Assembly: GCA_916049765.1 (NCBI GenBank)
Contig: CAJZIX010000003.1
Span: 12,520-76,519, forward strand
DNA length: 64,000 nt
Direction of reading: 5' to 3'
Source: an uncultured bacterium
GTDB lineage: Bacteria; Patescibacteriota; Gracilibacteria; Absconditabacterales; Absconditicoccaceae
The notes beneath the pieces were generated by a model. That model made no database searches, was not told the DNA's origin, and saw nothing but the letters and a program-made list of their open reading frames with translations. Made by a program: the position numbers and the translations under genes. Shown here one piece after another: positions 11,907 to 23,637 of the stretch (position 1 is the first letter of the stretch; each line of letters opens with the position of its first letter).

Positions 11907-12331
11907 TCGCTATGGTTCAAAGTTTCCAAAATATCCTGATTTGTAGTTTTCATAAGATTCGCAGAATGAAAAGCCTGCATTCCTCGTTCTTTTTGAGCAT
12001 TTAATTGTTTAAGAACTTTTCGATAAATATTTCCTTTCCTCTCCTGAAAATCATAGTTCTCATACCAACAATAATTTAAACAATCAAAAGTAAACTTTCC
12101 TATGGTCCTTCCCGTTTCATCTGAAAGTAAAAATGTTTCAGAAATAAGACGTCCTTTCTTATCTTTTTCAGAAGAAAAAACTTTACAAAGTTCAAACTCC
12201 TCCCCATTGACTTCAAATATCACACTCTTTCCAGCATGAAGATTTTTTAACTGTTCTGCAGAAAAAGACGAGAGCTGAATATTTTTCTCCTCTCTTCCTA
12301 AAAAACGAGCAAATGTTTCTTTTAATTTCAT
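11903..12331 (-). CDS. Hypothetical protein (142 aa)
   Basis: Uninterrupted ORF, last gene of the minus-strand block. No motif recognised. Confidence 0.5.
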   Translation of the reverse strand: MKLKETFARFLGREEKNIQLSSFSAEQLKNLHAGKSVIFEVNGEEFELCKVFSSEKDKKGRLISETFLLSDETGRTIGKFTFDCLNYCWYENYDFQERKGNIYRKVLKQLNAQKERGMQAFHSANLMKTTNQDILETLNHSD

Positions 12332-12344
12332 GAGATAATAATGT

Positions 12345-12740
12345 TTATTTAATAAAACGCTTATATTCTACAAAGCTTCTCCTCTTCAAATTTCAAGAAG
12401 TCGGCATGTTCTGATTTTGTATCTGATCTACACCAAACTCCTCTTTACCTTTATTGAGTTCTCTTTGCAACTCTAAGAGTTCATCGGCCCTTTCGTCAAT
12501 TTCCTTTTCTACTTTTTCAATGGTCGCCTTGAGTTCTTCAGATTTATTGTAAACATTTTGATACCCTCAAATATCCCCTTTTGCCTGAAGAGCGACCATA
12601 TCCCTTTTAAAGTTTTCGTAAATATCAAAATACTGATTGTAGGCTTCAATCTCCGTCTTGAGTTTAGCTTTTTCCTGTTTAATTTCTAGCTGAATTTCTC
12701 AAGATTGATATTTATCAGCAGCTGAAGTACAGCTCGTCAT
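12345..12740 (-). CDS. Small coiled-coil protein, possibly a lipoprotein whose signal peptide is cut off by an in-frame TAA
   Basis: From ATG 12740: MTSCTSAADKYQS(G)EIQLEIKQEKAKLKTEIEAY... to TAA 12345-12347. Directly upstream and in the same frame lies VAKKRGRTFVVAATSAFLLNS, a lipoprotein-type signal, preceded by TAA 12804-12806. Confidence 0.5.
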
Positions 12741-12875
12741 AGAATTGAGCAAAAAAGCGGAGGTCGCAGCAACAACAAACGTTCTTCCTCTCTTTTTCGC
12801 TACTTATGCAAACTGTCTTCAGATTTCCTTAAGATTTTTCATTCTTATGATATAATCAATTAAAATTCTGATGAA

Positions 12876-15446
12876 TTATTTCTGATGTTCATTTTTCCAA
12901 AGGGTATTAAGATAATGAACAAAGAATTTTCTATTATCTCCTGCCTCAATCGTTGGAAATTTTCGATCCATCGTACTTATAATAGGAAGTAAATTACTCA
13001 TCACAACCTTTTGTCAATCATGTTTATTAAAGACTAAACTCTCTATTCATTTCCAAACCTGACTAACACCTTCTGCTAGAGCGAATGGTCGATTTTCCTG
13101 AGCCTTTTTGGTATAATCCGGAACCTCCGACCACAAATCAGCCTTAAGTTTATTGACAAAAAGAATAGTCTGCATTGCCTCTTTTAATGATTCAAAAGGA
13201 ATATCTCTACCAGAGGCATCTTTTAATCAAGGAATCGTCTTCATTTTAGGATCAAAGAGCAGTTCTTTACCATGAGAACCAAGTTTGATTTTTCCATCTG
13301 ATTGAGCCTCAAGTGTAAGTCCTATATTTTCTGCACTTCATCTAAATTCATCGTAAGCACCCAGAATTTCTTGCTTTTCTGCTAAGCTAAGATTAAGAGC
13401 ATCAAGTGCTTTAGACTCTTTGGTTTCTACGAACAAAATTCCTTCCGTTTGCATGGATCTAAAATCAGATTCAGAAAGCTCTTTTGCATTCATTCTTTTC
13501 TCAAATTCAACCTCCTTTCCAGAAGCTATTCTAAGCTTATTCTGTGCCTTAAATCTTTCCCATTCTTGTCTATTTTTAGCTGCCATCTCCAAACGAGCAT
13601 CTAAAGTCAGATTTGCATTATTTGGATTATGAAGATCTGCAGCATTCAAATTGAGATTAAGGAGTCCGGTATTAATCATATCCCTTCCTGTCTGAGATCT
13701 AAGAAGTTCATCAATCGTAGAAATTTGACCGTTAATCGTAGTAACCTGCTGAGTATCATTTGCCTGTTGAGCAAGAAGAAGTCTATTCTGATGAAAACTC
13801 CTTAAAGCCTGAAGATCTATCGTTTCTACAGTTCAGGTTTTTGGAGAGCTATACTGCGCAAGTTCAGAATAAGGAACTCAAAGAAGTGCAAACTGCAAAC
13901 CTGATTGCTTTACTCAAAGTTGTTCTTCTGGATCAAGACTCTTATACGTTTCCTCATTTCGTGGTGTTTTTCCAGTAGTAAGTAAAGTATTAAGCAGATC
14001 CATCGGTCACTTTCCAGTCAGAGCCTGAGAACCAACAGTAATTCAAAAAAGTCCCGCTGCTAAAGTTCAAATTCTTCCAAGAGAAAAATCAAAGCTCCTA
14101 TTTCCTTCCTTATCTTTCTTGGTAAAAAGCCATCTTCCGATCCCAACAATCGCAGCAACACTTGCTGCAACTCAAAGAATTCCTACAGCAGAACTAGCCT
14201 GATTTTTATTCATCTTAGTATTGTTAGTAATCCAGTCTACAATCCATGGAGTTTTTTTATTAGAACAAGTAGCAAGATAATTAACCGCATTTTGACCAGA
14301 AGAGGCAAACTGTTCAGTCATGACAAGTACTGGTTCTGATTGTCATGGCATAAGAAGTTGAACTGCTCCATTACTTCTAAGTTGTGCAAGATTATCACAA
14401 AGCTTTCAGATAAAAGGTCTCTCATTAAGAAATGCAATCGGAGTATCTATATATTGCCCACTCTCTAGAGCTTGATTAATTCCCTCAAGAGTATTTGCCG
14501 CCGAATAATTATAATTATTATGATTTTTTAATCCTGCAAGTTGTTTCTCAAGTTCATGAAGTTTTTTGAGTTTCTTTTTAGCCTTTTTTTCTCTTTTAAT
14601 CTCCTCTTTAAGTCTAGAAACTTCATCCTGGAGTAAATATCTGTTATCAACTAGTTCAGTTCTACTCGGAAGTCTTCCAATTCAACCTTGAGTAGAAGAA
14701 CGAAGTTGATTGATCTGTTCAAGCATTGCAAGCTGACTTGAAGAAATTACATAACTTCCAGTGGCATTCATTTTAAGAGAATTATTTACCTCTTGCAAAA
14801 GGTTTACCAATGTATCATATTTTTGTTGCTCTGTAAGTTCTGACTGAACTGGAGTTACTTCTGGTTGAGTTAAAGCTGTTTCTGATTGAGTTAAAATTGC
14901 TTCTGGTTGAATTGATGTTGGTTTTGACTCAGCTGGAATTGTTTCTGACTGAGTTGGAGTTACTTCTGATTGAGTTGATGTTGTTTCTGGCTGAGTTGGA
15001 ACTGAAGTTGTTTTTACTTCCTGAGTTATTTCTTGCTTTTGTTCAGTTTCTTTTTGGGATTCAACTTGAATTTGATCTGAACTTCTTTCACCAATAGCTG
15101 AAGAAATCCTAGTTGAGGGAATACTTACTCCTTCCACAGATTGTGCTTGTTCATTGAGTTTTTTTATTGAGTCTTTTAAATCATCAATCTCTTGATTTGT
15201 TTTTGCTATTTGAGCTTCATAATCCGCAATTGTAGATTTTAAATTCTCCATTTCTCCAAGCAAGCTATCAACAAGTTCCTTGATTTTCTCTTGATTCTCT
15301 TTCTTATCAGAATCTAGCTTACTTTGCGCAGCATTTAATGTATCCTGTGTAGAAAATAATTTATCCCTAGTATCTTTTAAATTTTTTTCTAAATTGACCT
15401 TTTGAGCCTTTAAAAAATCAATTTTTTGAGTATCAACTCCTGCCAT
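12876..15446 (-). CDS. Large (about 856 aa) coiled-coil / transmembrane protein of unknown function
   Basis: Track pieces 13338..13679 and 14682..15509 share a frame. I checked every codon from 12876 to 14684 and found only TGA interruptions, with true stop TAA 12876-12878. Two coiled-coil stretches, a Thr/Gln/Pro/Glu heptapeptide repeat, and two hydrophobic helices (AVGIL(G)VAASVAAIVGIG, TLAAGLF(G)ITVG). Start taken as ATG 15446 (MAGVDTQK). Confidence 0.7.
14826..15011 (-). repeat. Imperfect 21-nt (7-aa) tandem coding repeat, about 8 units
   Basis: TQPETTS/TQSEVTP/TQSETIP/AESKPTS/IQPEAIL/TQSETAL/TQPEVTP/VQSELTE inside the large coiled-coil protein. Confidence 0.8.
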
Positions 15447-15545
15447 GATAATAGCACAAAATATAAAATTCTCTACCTCAATTATAGCCATAAAAATAAA
15501 AAAAGTCAAAAAAAATCTGACTTTTTTCTTTTTTTAAAGAATAAA

Positions 15546-17381
15546 TTATTTTAGTACTTTTACCATATAAGTTCCCTCTAGTTCATAACCCTGCTTGCGA
15601 TAGTACTCCCTCACTCCAACTCCAGAAATCACAGACAGCTTTGAAAAGTCTGATTTTTGAGCGATTTTTTCTGCAGTCTCAAGGAGCTGTTTCCCTAGTC
15701 CGCTATGTTGGACTTTTTGTCCGCCCTCCTCTTGGTTTTTCAAACTTTGTAAAGAACCATAGACATGAAGCTCTCTAATCAAAGCCGTTTCCAAGCCTAG
15801 TCCTGCGACATCTAGCCTTTCCTCAAGTTTTGGTAAAAGAAGTCTCGTAAACCCATAAAGATAGCCAAGTTCATCTTCATAACTGATAAAATATTCTTGT
15901 CCAACTGAACTTTCATAAGCCCTCACAACCAAATTCAGAACTTCAGTTTTTTCTTTTTTATTTCTTACCTCTCTACTTCTCGTATCAAGGCTTACGAAAT
16001 GACGAAAACTTGAAAGCTCAGGTGTTTTCCCAAGGAGGTAGGTTTGGAAATCACTCAAGTGAGAAGCTCTAGAACCGATAATCTTCTCAAAGAACTCCTC
16101 TTCATCACTAAAAACTTGCAAATTCTCATAGAGTCTGTGGTAAAAAACAGAACGGAAGTCTGGATCAGATTTTTGATATTTTTTTAAAAGTTTCTCATGC
16201 ATCAGCTGGGAAAGATTCGTAACATTAGACCCTGCACTAATTTCTGTAGCAGGAATATCACGAATCAGCCTCTTGATCCTCGTATAGGGCGGAATAATCT
16301 CACGAAAAGTCGTCTCAATAATCTCACTAATCTCCTCTGTCGTGATCGGCTCATACTTCCCCTGCTGATACAGCTCATACAGCTCCGTTTGCGGGATCAC
16401 TGAAGTTGGATAAAACTTAATTTCATCAGGCTTGAGGTAAGGATTAGCATACACATCACGAAAAGTCTGAATATCCTTTTCCAGCGTAGAACCGTAAAGC
16501 CCCGGCATAATGTGAATAGAAAACTTGAACGCATATTGCCTGAGCTTGTGAAGTGCCTTTTCTACCTCTACGAGATGATGCCCTCTTTTATTCAAGTCCA
16601 AAACCACATCATCAGTAGATTGCACGCCCATTTCAATCCTTGTTACGCCCATCGCCCTCCGATCCCTACAGTTCTGATCGGTCACAAATTCTGGTCTCGT
16701 TTCTATGGTCAGTCCGATAATTCTGTGCTGTGCAGTTTCGTTGATTTGTATTGCTTCTTCCAAAGAAGAAGAAAGCTGAATCTGATCTTGGTTTGTAATC
16801 TCAAAAGCGTATTTCCAATTCGCAGTTCCTGTCAGATTTTTGATTGCTAATGCTCAAAAGGTATTGCAGGCATCATACAGCTGCTTGATAAAGTCAATTT
16901 TGTAGTCTCTCGGATAGAAATCCCAAGTCCCTCCAAGCACAATCATTTCAATCTTATCGGTCTTATGCCCCGTCTGCTGCAGAGAGTAAAGCCTATTGTA
17001 AACCTGCTTGAGCGGATCAAATTGATTGAGAAAAGCCCTCATCGCCCCAGGCTCAGACTTGATATAGCTCTTGGGCATCTCAGGATCATTGGGACAGAAA
17101 ATACATCTTGAAGGACAAGGAAAAGGCTTCGTCAAAACTTGAATCGGAACGATCCCTGAAAGCGAACGAATCGCTCTTTTACGCAGCAAAAGCTCAAAAT
17201 CAGCATTCTTTTCTATTTTCCCTTGTTCCAAAAGCTGAAAATATGCTTGAAGAATCTGTGATTTACTCGGGAGGGTGCTTAAATTACGAGATTTGGCAAA
17301 AGCTCTCTGAGCATCCTTCAAAGATTCAGAAGTCAGATTTTTTTCTTGTAAAAGATTGAGAACGAGAGCGTCATACTGCAT
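15546..17381 (-). CDS. elp3: Elp3-type radical-SAM / GNAT acetyltransferase (tRNA wobble-uridine modification family)
   Basis: 15546..16763 and 16854..17381 are in one frame, and I checked the gap. Radical-SAM cluster motif PCPSRCIFCP, TRIEMGVQS, and a C-terminal GNAT block (HSGLGKQLLETAEKIA). Total 611 aa. Confidence 0.8.
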
Positions 17382-17480
17382 AATTACGAGGGCATTACAA
17401 ACGAATTAAACAGCTCATAGTATACAAAAGAACACACGAAAAACAAGAATAAAGTTTTCCTTACTTATTTATCATTATAA

Positions 17481-17508
17481 TAAAAAAACACAGCCTTATA
17501 GCCGTGTT
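17481..17508 (-). terminator. Rho-independent terminator after the polytopic membrane protein gene
   Basis: The minus strand reads GAACACGGC-tataag-GCTGTGTT followed by T7. Confidence 0.6.
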
Positions 17509-17527
17509 CTTATAATTATTCACCTCT

Positions 17528-19318
17528 CTACTTCACAAGCAAATACCCCTGAAGATACTCCTCAAGCACAATCTTCCCATCTTCTCATTTCTCTCCTTCA
17601 AGATGAGAAATAATCAAACGATAATCTCCTTGATCAATAATAAAAGGCTTTCAATCCTTGCTATACCTCTCTTTTCCCTTTGCAGACTGAAGATAGATAT
17701 CTTCCAGATAAGGCGTAAGATCAAAGGATTTTTTTTCTCCTGAAATGGTATAGCTCAACTTATTATTTGCTATACGAGCATCAAGCCAACTCATTTCATA
17801 AATCTTAACATAGCCGTCTGTGGCGATTCCTTCTTTTTCAAAGAAATCATAAGGGATTCAAATTCTGAATCGGATTTCTTTGGATTCCTCTTCATTATCC
17901 CAGGTTCCATAATACTCTTGTGCTCCGAGATAGCTGCGGACCTCATAGCCATAAGAACTAAAATTATCTTTTTCTGAATATTTGCCATCAAAAAGCACTT
18001 TATTCCACTGCTCATACGGGAAAGTTCTTACGAAATCTGAAATTGTTTCTGCAAGCTGATCTGCCATCGCTCCCGTAAGATCTTTCAGCGCATGTTTTTG
18101 AAGTGGAAGAGCAAGCTGTTCTCTAGCGAGCATCGTTTCAATACGACTTTTCTGAGCAAAGAAAGCTACATTTCTTGCACTGAGAGGACCATAAAGTGAA
18201 AGCAAAGTCAGCCCAAAGAGTAAAGAAATAAAAAGTCTGATTCTATACTTGGAAAAGAACAGTGCCAAAGCAGAAAATCCAACCACAAAGAGAATAAATA
18301 AGGCTACAAAATATCTATTGATCGTGATTCCATATTGGTTGATCCTGATTCCCAAAGCCCCAATCATCATCAGCGCCACCAAGATAAAACTCATGAAAAG
18401 CACCCTTCGAATCCAGTGAAAAAATTTCGTCTGCTCCGGAAAAGTAAAGTAATAAGTCAGCATTCCCCAAACAAAATAACCCGTTCCTAGCCAAATAATA
18501 ATTCCCTTTGGTCGCATCCCAGTAATCAGAATTTTCAGTCCATAAGCGACAAAAATCAGAAGATACACCAACGCAAGCGGAAGAAAAATATAGCTTCCAA
18601 AAATCCTCATCAGACGCGTAGAAAGAAGTTCAAAATCTGTTTTACTTCCCTTTGGAAACTCCGCCACCACGAAAGTATAGTGATTAAGCATAAAGCTTCC
18701 TGCAAGAAAGATTAAACTAAAAACTCCAAAATACTGATACCACTCTCGCCTAAAAAGCACATCAAATAGCGCATTTATAGAACCGATCGCAGCAGATAAT
18801 CCTCCCCACACAATTAAACCTGCCAAAAGACCAAATCCGATTGCATGAAGCCAACTCGTCCATGAAAACCAGATTTTATTTTCTTTACTCTTGAAAATCC
18901 AAGCAATAAGCGTCAAAATCCCCAGCATAAAAAGAGGGAATATTCCGAGATAGAGCAAATTTTCAGCATAGCCTGGAGTAGTACTCATCCTACTAAGCAT
19001 CCAGTCATAGCCTCCAATAAACAGCAGTGAAAAAATCTGAATTCCTCGGCTGAAAAGATTAATTTTCTTTTCATTTCCCTCAGCATGGAGCATAAGCAAA
19101 GGTCCTGCCAAACTCAGCAAAATCCCTAGAAATCCAGCAAAAAAGAGTTTCCAGGTATCATCCCCTGTCCAAGAGGTATTTACGAGATAGAATCCATATC
19201 CTGTCAAAAAAACAAGGATCAAATGAGCAATTGGAAAGGTTTTGAGTGCAACAATCCAATTTCCAAAGAAACGAGTAAATTTTCCCATGAAAAGATAATA
19301 AAAAATAAAATCACTCAT
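17528..19318 (-). CDS. Polytopic membrane protein (at least 10 TM) with C-terminal soluble domain, unknown function
   Basis: Track ORF 17858..19318 continues through three TGA to TAG 17528-17530 (...YLQGYLLVK). Highly hydrophobic N-terminal 400 aa. Confidence 0.7.
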
Positions 19319-19392
19319 AATGATGAAGATTCTCGGAGAAAAATCAAGAAGAAAAAACTGACCTTATAATAAAGATCAGCTTTCTATATCTT

Positions 19393-21903
19393 TTAGGCTC
19401 TTAAACTTGCTCCTGTTGCTTCTACTTTCTTAATTGCTGATTGCATTACAGTATTGATCGCATCAGTTGTCATCGTCCCATCTCCCTTAATTTTAATCTG
19501 AACAGAAACGGATTTTTTCCCTTCTCCAAGATTTTCCCCTTGATAAAGATCAAAAACCCTGATCTCATCGATTTCTTTCATCTTCTGAAGTGTAGTAATA
19601 ACCTGTTCAAAAGTTTCCTTAGCAGAAACAACGAATGAAAGATCTCTCCAAACAATCTGATCTTGCAAAGTTTCATAATCTTTTTCATTAGAGGTCTGAT
19701 GAACAAAGGTTTTGAGAAGCTCAAGATTAAGTTCCAAGACACAAAGCTGAGCCGTCTCAGGAAACTTCATTGTCTTCATTACAAGCGGATGAAGTGTCGC
19801 AATCATTCCAATTTCAAGAGGAGTTGCTCCATTTCTAAGAATCAATTTTGCCTGCTTTTTAGGATGAAAATGAGATAAATCTGATTTCTCCAAACTTAAT
19901 TTTCCCTTAATTCACAGTTTAGCGATAAGCTTCTGAATAACTGTTTTTACTTTTAAAACTGGATCATCTGCCCAGGAATTCAAAGCCTTTTCATATCGAC
20001 AAGCTCCGAGATGAAGTTCCTCACAGAAATGTTCTTGTGCATATCTCGGATCCAAATGATGAGCATAAAGCGCATCGCCTCTTTTCCGAACTTTCCCAAG
20101 ATCAAAAAGCTTAAAGTCATCAAAGAATTTACTATTTTTTGCACAAATGCTAAGCAAATTATAACTCATTTCATCTCTCAAATAAGGGAACTCTGGATTA
20201 AGAGGATTTGCTAAAGTATAAAGGTCAGAAGTATCCTTTCCAAAAGTTTTAATTTGCTGTTCACTAACTCGAGGATAAGTTTCTACCTGATCAAAATGAA
20301 ATTCTTTAACCATCATTTCTTCGATCTCTCTCAAAATACCAACCCCTTCACTAAAAGGTTGTGCTTTCGTTTCTGCAAGTAAAGGTTGAGCGTTGATCTT
20401 TTCATATCCCCAAATTCTTGCAATTTCCTCGGCAATATCTTCCTGAATAAGAATGTCTTCAGGTCCTCTCCAAAGAGGAACAATAACCTGATTGGAAAGA
20501 AGATCAAATCCAAGATTTTTCAAAATCATTTGAGCTTTTTCTTCAAAATTTTCTTGTTCTTCTCCAAAAATAAGAGACTCCATCTGCTTCCATGAAACTT
20601 CAATCTGTTTTTTAGCTAAGGGATTAAGTTCTGGTTTAATATAAGAAGCAATCCCAGCGATTTCATAATGTCCGAGATCTTTGGCATAAAATTTCAACTC
20701 CTCCAAAAACAAGAGCAAAGCATACAAACTAAAAGCAGGAGAAATATTTTTCTCAAATCTAAGCTCTGCATCAGTTCTCAGTCCAAGTCTAGTTCCTGTC
20801 TTTCTCACTACTACTGGATCAAAGTTTGCAAGCTCTACAATAATATTCTTCGTTGTATCAGAAATTCAACTTTCTAGACCTCAAATAACTCCAGCCAAAG
20901 CAAGCACTTTCTCATCATCAGCGATCACAAGATCTGTCGCTTTTAAGCTATGAACCGTTCCAAAAAGATCCGTAAAGGCCTCTCCCTCCTCAGCATCTCT
21001 CACACTAATAGCTCCTTTGATTTTATCCGCATCAAAACAATGGATAGGCAATCCAGAAATATTCATAAAGAGATTCGAAAAATCTACCCAGTTATTAATG
21101 GAATTGCCTCCAAGATCAAGAAGCTGTAAACGAGAAAAAAAATCTGATTTTTTAATCTCAATATTATTAATTCCAAGAGCAATATAAGTATTAACTGCAT
21201 TAGAAAGCCCCTTTACTTCACGATTAAGAGGCTTCTCGGTATGTTGAAGTACATCCAAAATATTAGTATCACGGAAAGTCTCCATCCGAGTCTTGATCCC
21301 ATTAAATCTTTTTTGACTCTCAGGATAGATCGCATTAAGCTCTACCGCAAGCCCAAAATGCCCAGTCAAATCCGGCCTATTCGTCAAACTTTTACTATCT
21401 ACTTCAAGAACCGTTGCTTCTAACCATGGAAATTTATCACTCAATGGCATTCCAAGATCATCATCAGAAACCTCCACATCCTGAGCCAAATCCCAGATCC
21501 AATGCGTTTCTTTATCTTCATCAATTCCAAGTTCTCCTTTAGAACAAATCATTCCTTCCGAATCAACACCTCTCATAGGCCTTTTTGCAATCGTCATTCC
21601 TGCTTCAGGAAAAGGTGTCCCAACCAAAGCTGCTGCTACGAAAATTCCTTCTGCAACATTCGTCCCTCAGCAAATAATTTGGAAGTTCCCTTTATCTCCA
21701 CAGTTAACCTGACAAACATTAAGTTTATCAGCATCAGGATGCTTAACAAAAGATTCAATTTTTCCAATAACAATCGTCTTAGGAATAAGCCTGGTCTTAA
21801 CCTCCTCAATTTCACAAGTTTTGAGGATTAGGTTTTGAGCAAGTTCTTCAGGAGTAGTATCTACTGAAAGATATTTTTTGAGCATCGACAAATGATATTT
21901 CAT
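19393..21903 (-). CDS. pheT: Phenylalanyl-tRNA synthetase beta subunit
   Basis: Four track pieces (19393..19893, 19912..20808, 20881..21627, 21667..21903) are in one frame. N-terminal tRNA-binding domain, B3/4, B5 and the C-terminal anticodon-binding-like domain are recognisable. Confidence 0.88.
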
Positions 21904-21981
21904 AATAAGTTTTTAGAGAAGAATAAAAAACACGGGTAAAGTGTACTAATTTTATATTTCACTACAAGAGAAAATCTGATT

Positions 21982-22659
21982 TTATTTTTTTGCAGGAGCT
22001 AATCCAACTACAAACTCTCCTTTAACTTGTAATTCTTTTGCGAGAAACTTTTGCTTTAATTCAGAGAAATCATAAGTTTTATGCTCTTCAAAAAGCTTAC
22101 TAATCTCCCTTGCAATGCTAACTTTTCCAACAAATCAAAGCTGATCCAACTCAGAAATCAGTTTTTCCATCCTATGAACCGACTCATAAAAAAAAGTTGG
22201 GATTTTACTTAGCATTGCATCTTTCAAAGCTGTTTGTCTCCCTTTTTTCTGTGGAAGGAAGCCAAGATAACGAAAAGATGAGGTATCAAATCCCGCTCAA
22301 ACTACCGCAGGGATGAGTGCATTTGCACCAGGAAGAATGGTATAAGGAAGATTTTCTTCATTACATAACTGAATCAGCAACTTTCAAGGGTCAGAAAGTC
22401 CAGGAGTCCCTGCATCAGAGAGCATTCAGACTTCATGTTCTTTCATGAGCTTCAAATAATAGGCTACTTTCCCTTTATCAGTAAAACTCGTAAGCGAATG
22501 AAACTGCTTTTCTTGATAAGGAATATCATACATAGCAAGAAGCTTTTTCGTTGTCCTCGTATCTTCACAGATAAGAATCGGTAGCTCCTTCATTAGCCTC
22601 AAAGCTCTAAGGCTAACATCTTCCTTATTTCAGATCGGAGTAGGAATAAAATAAAGCAT
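21982..22659 (-). CDS. rsmI: 16S rRNA (cytidine1402-2'-O)-methyltransferase
   Basis: Absent from the track because it has five in-frame TGA. MLYFIPTPI(G)NKEDVSLRALRLMKE...CEDTRTTKKLL...MLSDAGTPGLSDP(G)KLL...LPGANALIPA...FFYESVHR...IAREISKLFEE. Confidence 0.85.
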
Positions 22660-22822
22660 TGATTTAATAGGAATAAGAAAACAAAAAATCTGATTTCAGT
22701 GTAGAGATTTCCTTTGGGTTTACAAAGTAAAATGTTCTTAATCAAAAAAGTTTATATTTCACTTGATTTTATTTTTAAAATAAATACAACACAAGTAAAA
22801 TAATTTTTTATTTATTTTTAAA

Positions 22823-23596
22823 ATGAAAAATATGGAAACTTGGATTTATGCTATTACGAGTGCTGTCATTATCTCAATTGCCTCACTTGTAGGAATTCTT
22901 TTCTTAGGTTTTCAAAAAACACTTAATCAAAAACTTATGGTTAGTTTTGTTTCTTTTGCTGCTGCCAGCATGCTGGGAAATGCCTTTTTACATTTTTTGC
23001 CTGAACTAATAGAACATCAAGAACTTTCAGCCGAGGCAATAGGATTATGGATTATCGGAGGTGTCTTAATAGGACTTATCACTGAAAAACTTCTCCACTG
23101 GAATCACTGTCATCATGGGAACGACAAGACTCACCATCACGCTTTTGCACAGATGAGTTTGGTAGGAGATTTTGTCCATAATTTAATTGATGGAATGGTC
23201 ATTGGAGCCAGCTTTTTAATTTCAGTTCCTGCAGGAATTGGTACTTCCTTAGCAATCCTCCTCCACGAGATTCCACAAGAAATTGGAGATTTTGCAGTGC
23301 TTCTTCATGGTGGATATAGCAAGAAAAGAGCGTTGTTGTTGAACTTCTTGACTGCTCTTAGTGCTGTCATTGGAGTAATCATCACATTAAGTATCGGACA
23401 TTTTGCTCATGAATTTCAGCATGTTCTTGTTCCAATAGCTCTCGGAATGTTTGTATATATCGCAGGAACAGACTTAATCCCTGAAATCAACAAACACAAT
23501 GAAGACAGAAAATTCTCAGCAATTCAAGTCCTCATCTTCATTGCTGGAGTAGCATTAATGTTCTTCCTCTCAGGAATTGCAGAACATAGTCACTAA
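22823..23596 (+). CDS. ZIP-family divalent metal (zinc) transporter
   Basis: Uninterrupted ORF with 8 TM helices, a His-rich loop (HWNHCHHGNDKTHHH) and the HEIPQEIGDFAVL signature. Confidence 0.85.
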   Translation: MKNMETWIYAITSAVIISIASLVGILFLGFQKTLNQKLMVSFVSFAAASMLGNAFLHFLPELIEHQELSAEAIGLWIIGGVLIGLITEKLLHWNHCHHGNDKTHHHAFAQMSLVGDFVHNLIDGMVIGASFLISVPAGIGTSLAILLHEIPQEIGDFAVLLHGGYSKKRALLLNFLTALSAVIGVIITLSIGHFAHEFQHVLVPIALGMFVYIAGTDLIPEINKHNEDRKFSAIQVLIFIAGVALMFFLSGIAEHSH

Positions 23597-23603
23597 AAAA
23601 AAG

Positions 23604-23632
23604 AGCTTCTTATCTTCCAAGAAGCTTTTTTT
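23604..23632. terminator. Bidirectional rho-independent terminator
   Basis: AGCTTCTT-atcttcc-AAGAAGCT (8-bp perfect stem) flanked by an A-run and a T-run. Lies between the convergent ZIP and ruvA genes. Confidence 0.8.
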
Positions 23633-23637
23633 AATAC

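Noticed and set aside
14826-15011. Short-period direct repeats that could be mistaken for a CRISPR array or a VNTR locus.
   Set aside because: The period is 21 nt with no spacers, the units are imperfect, and the whole stretch is in frame inside a long ORF encoding a heptapeptide repeat. No CRISPR-like repeat-spacer structure or cas gene occurs anywhere in the window.
21904-21981. pheS is missing upstream of pheT. This might indicate a deletion or mis-assembly.
   Set aside because: pheT has an intact N-terminus, and the 78-nt spacer leads directly into the intact rsmI gene. Unlinked pheS/pheT occurs in other bacteria. Nothing here indicates a break.
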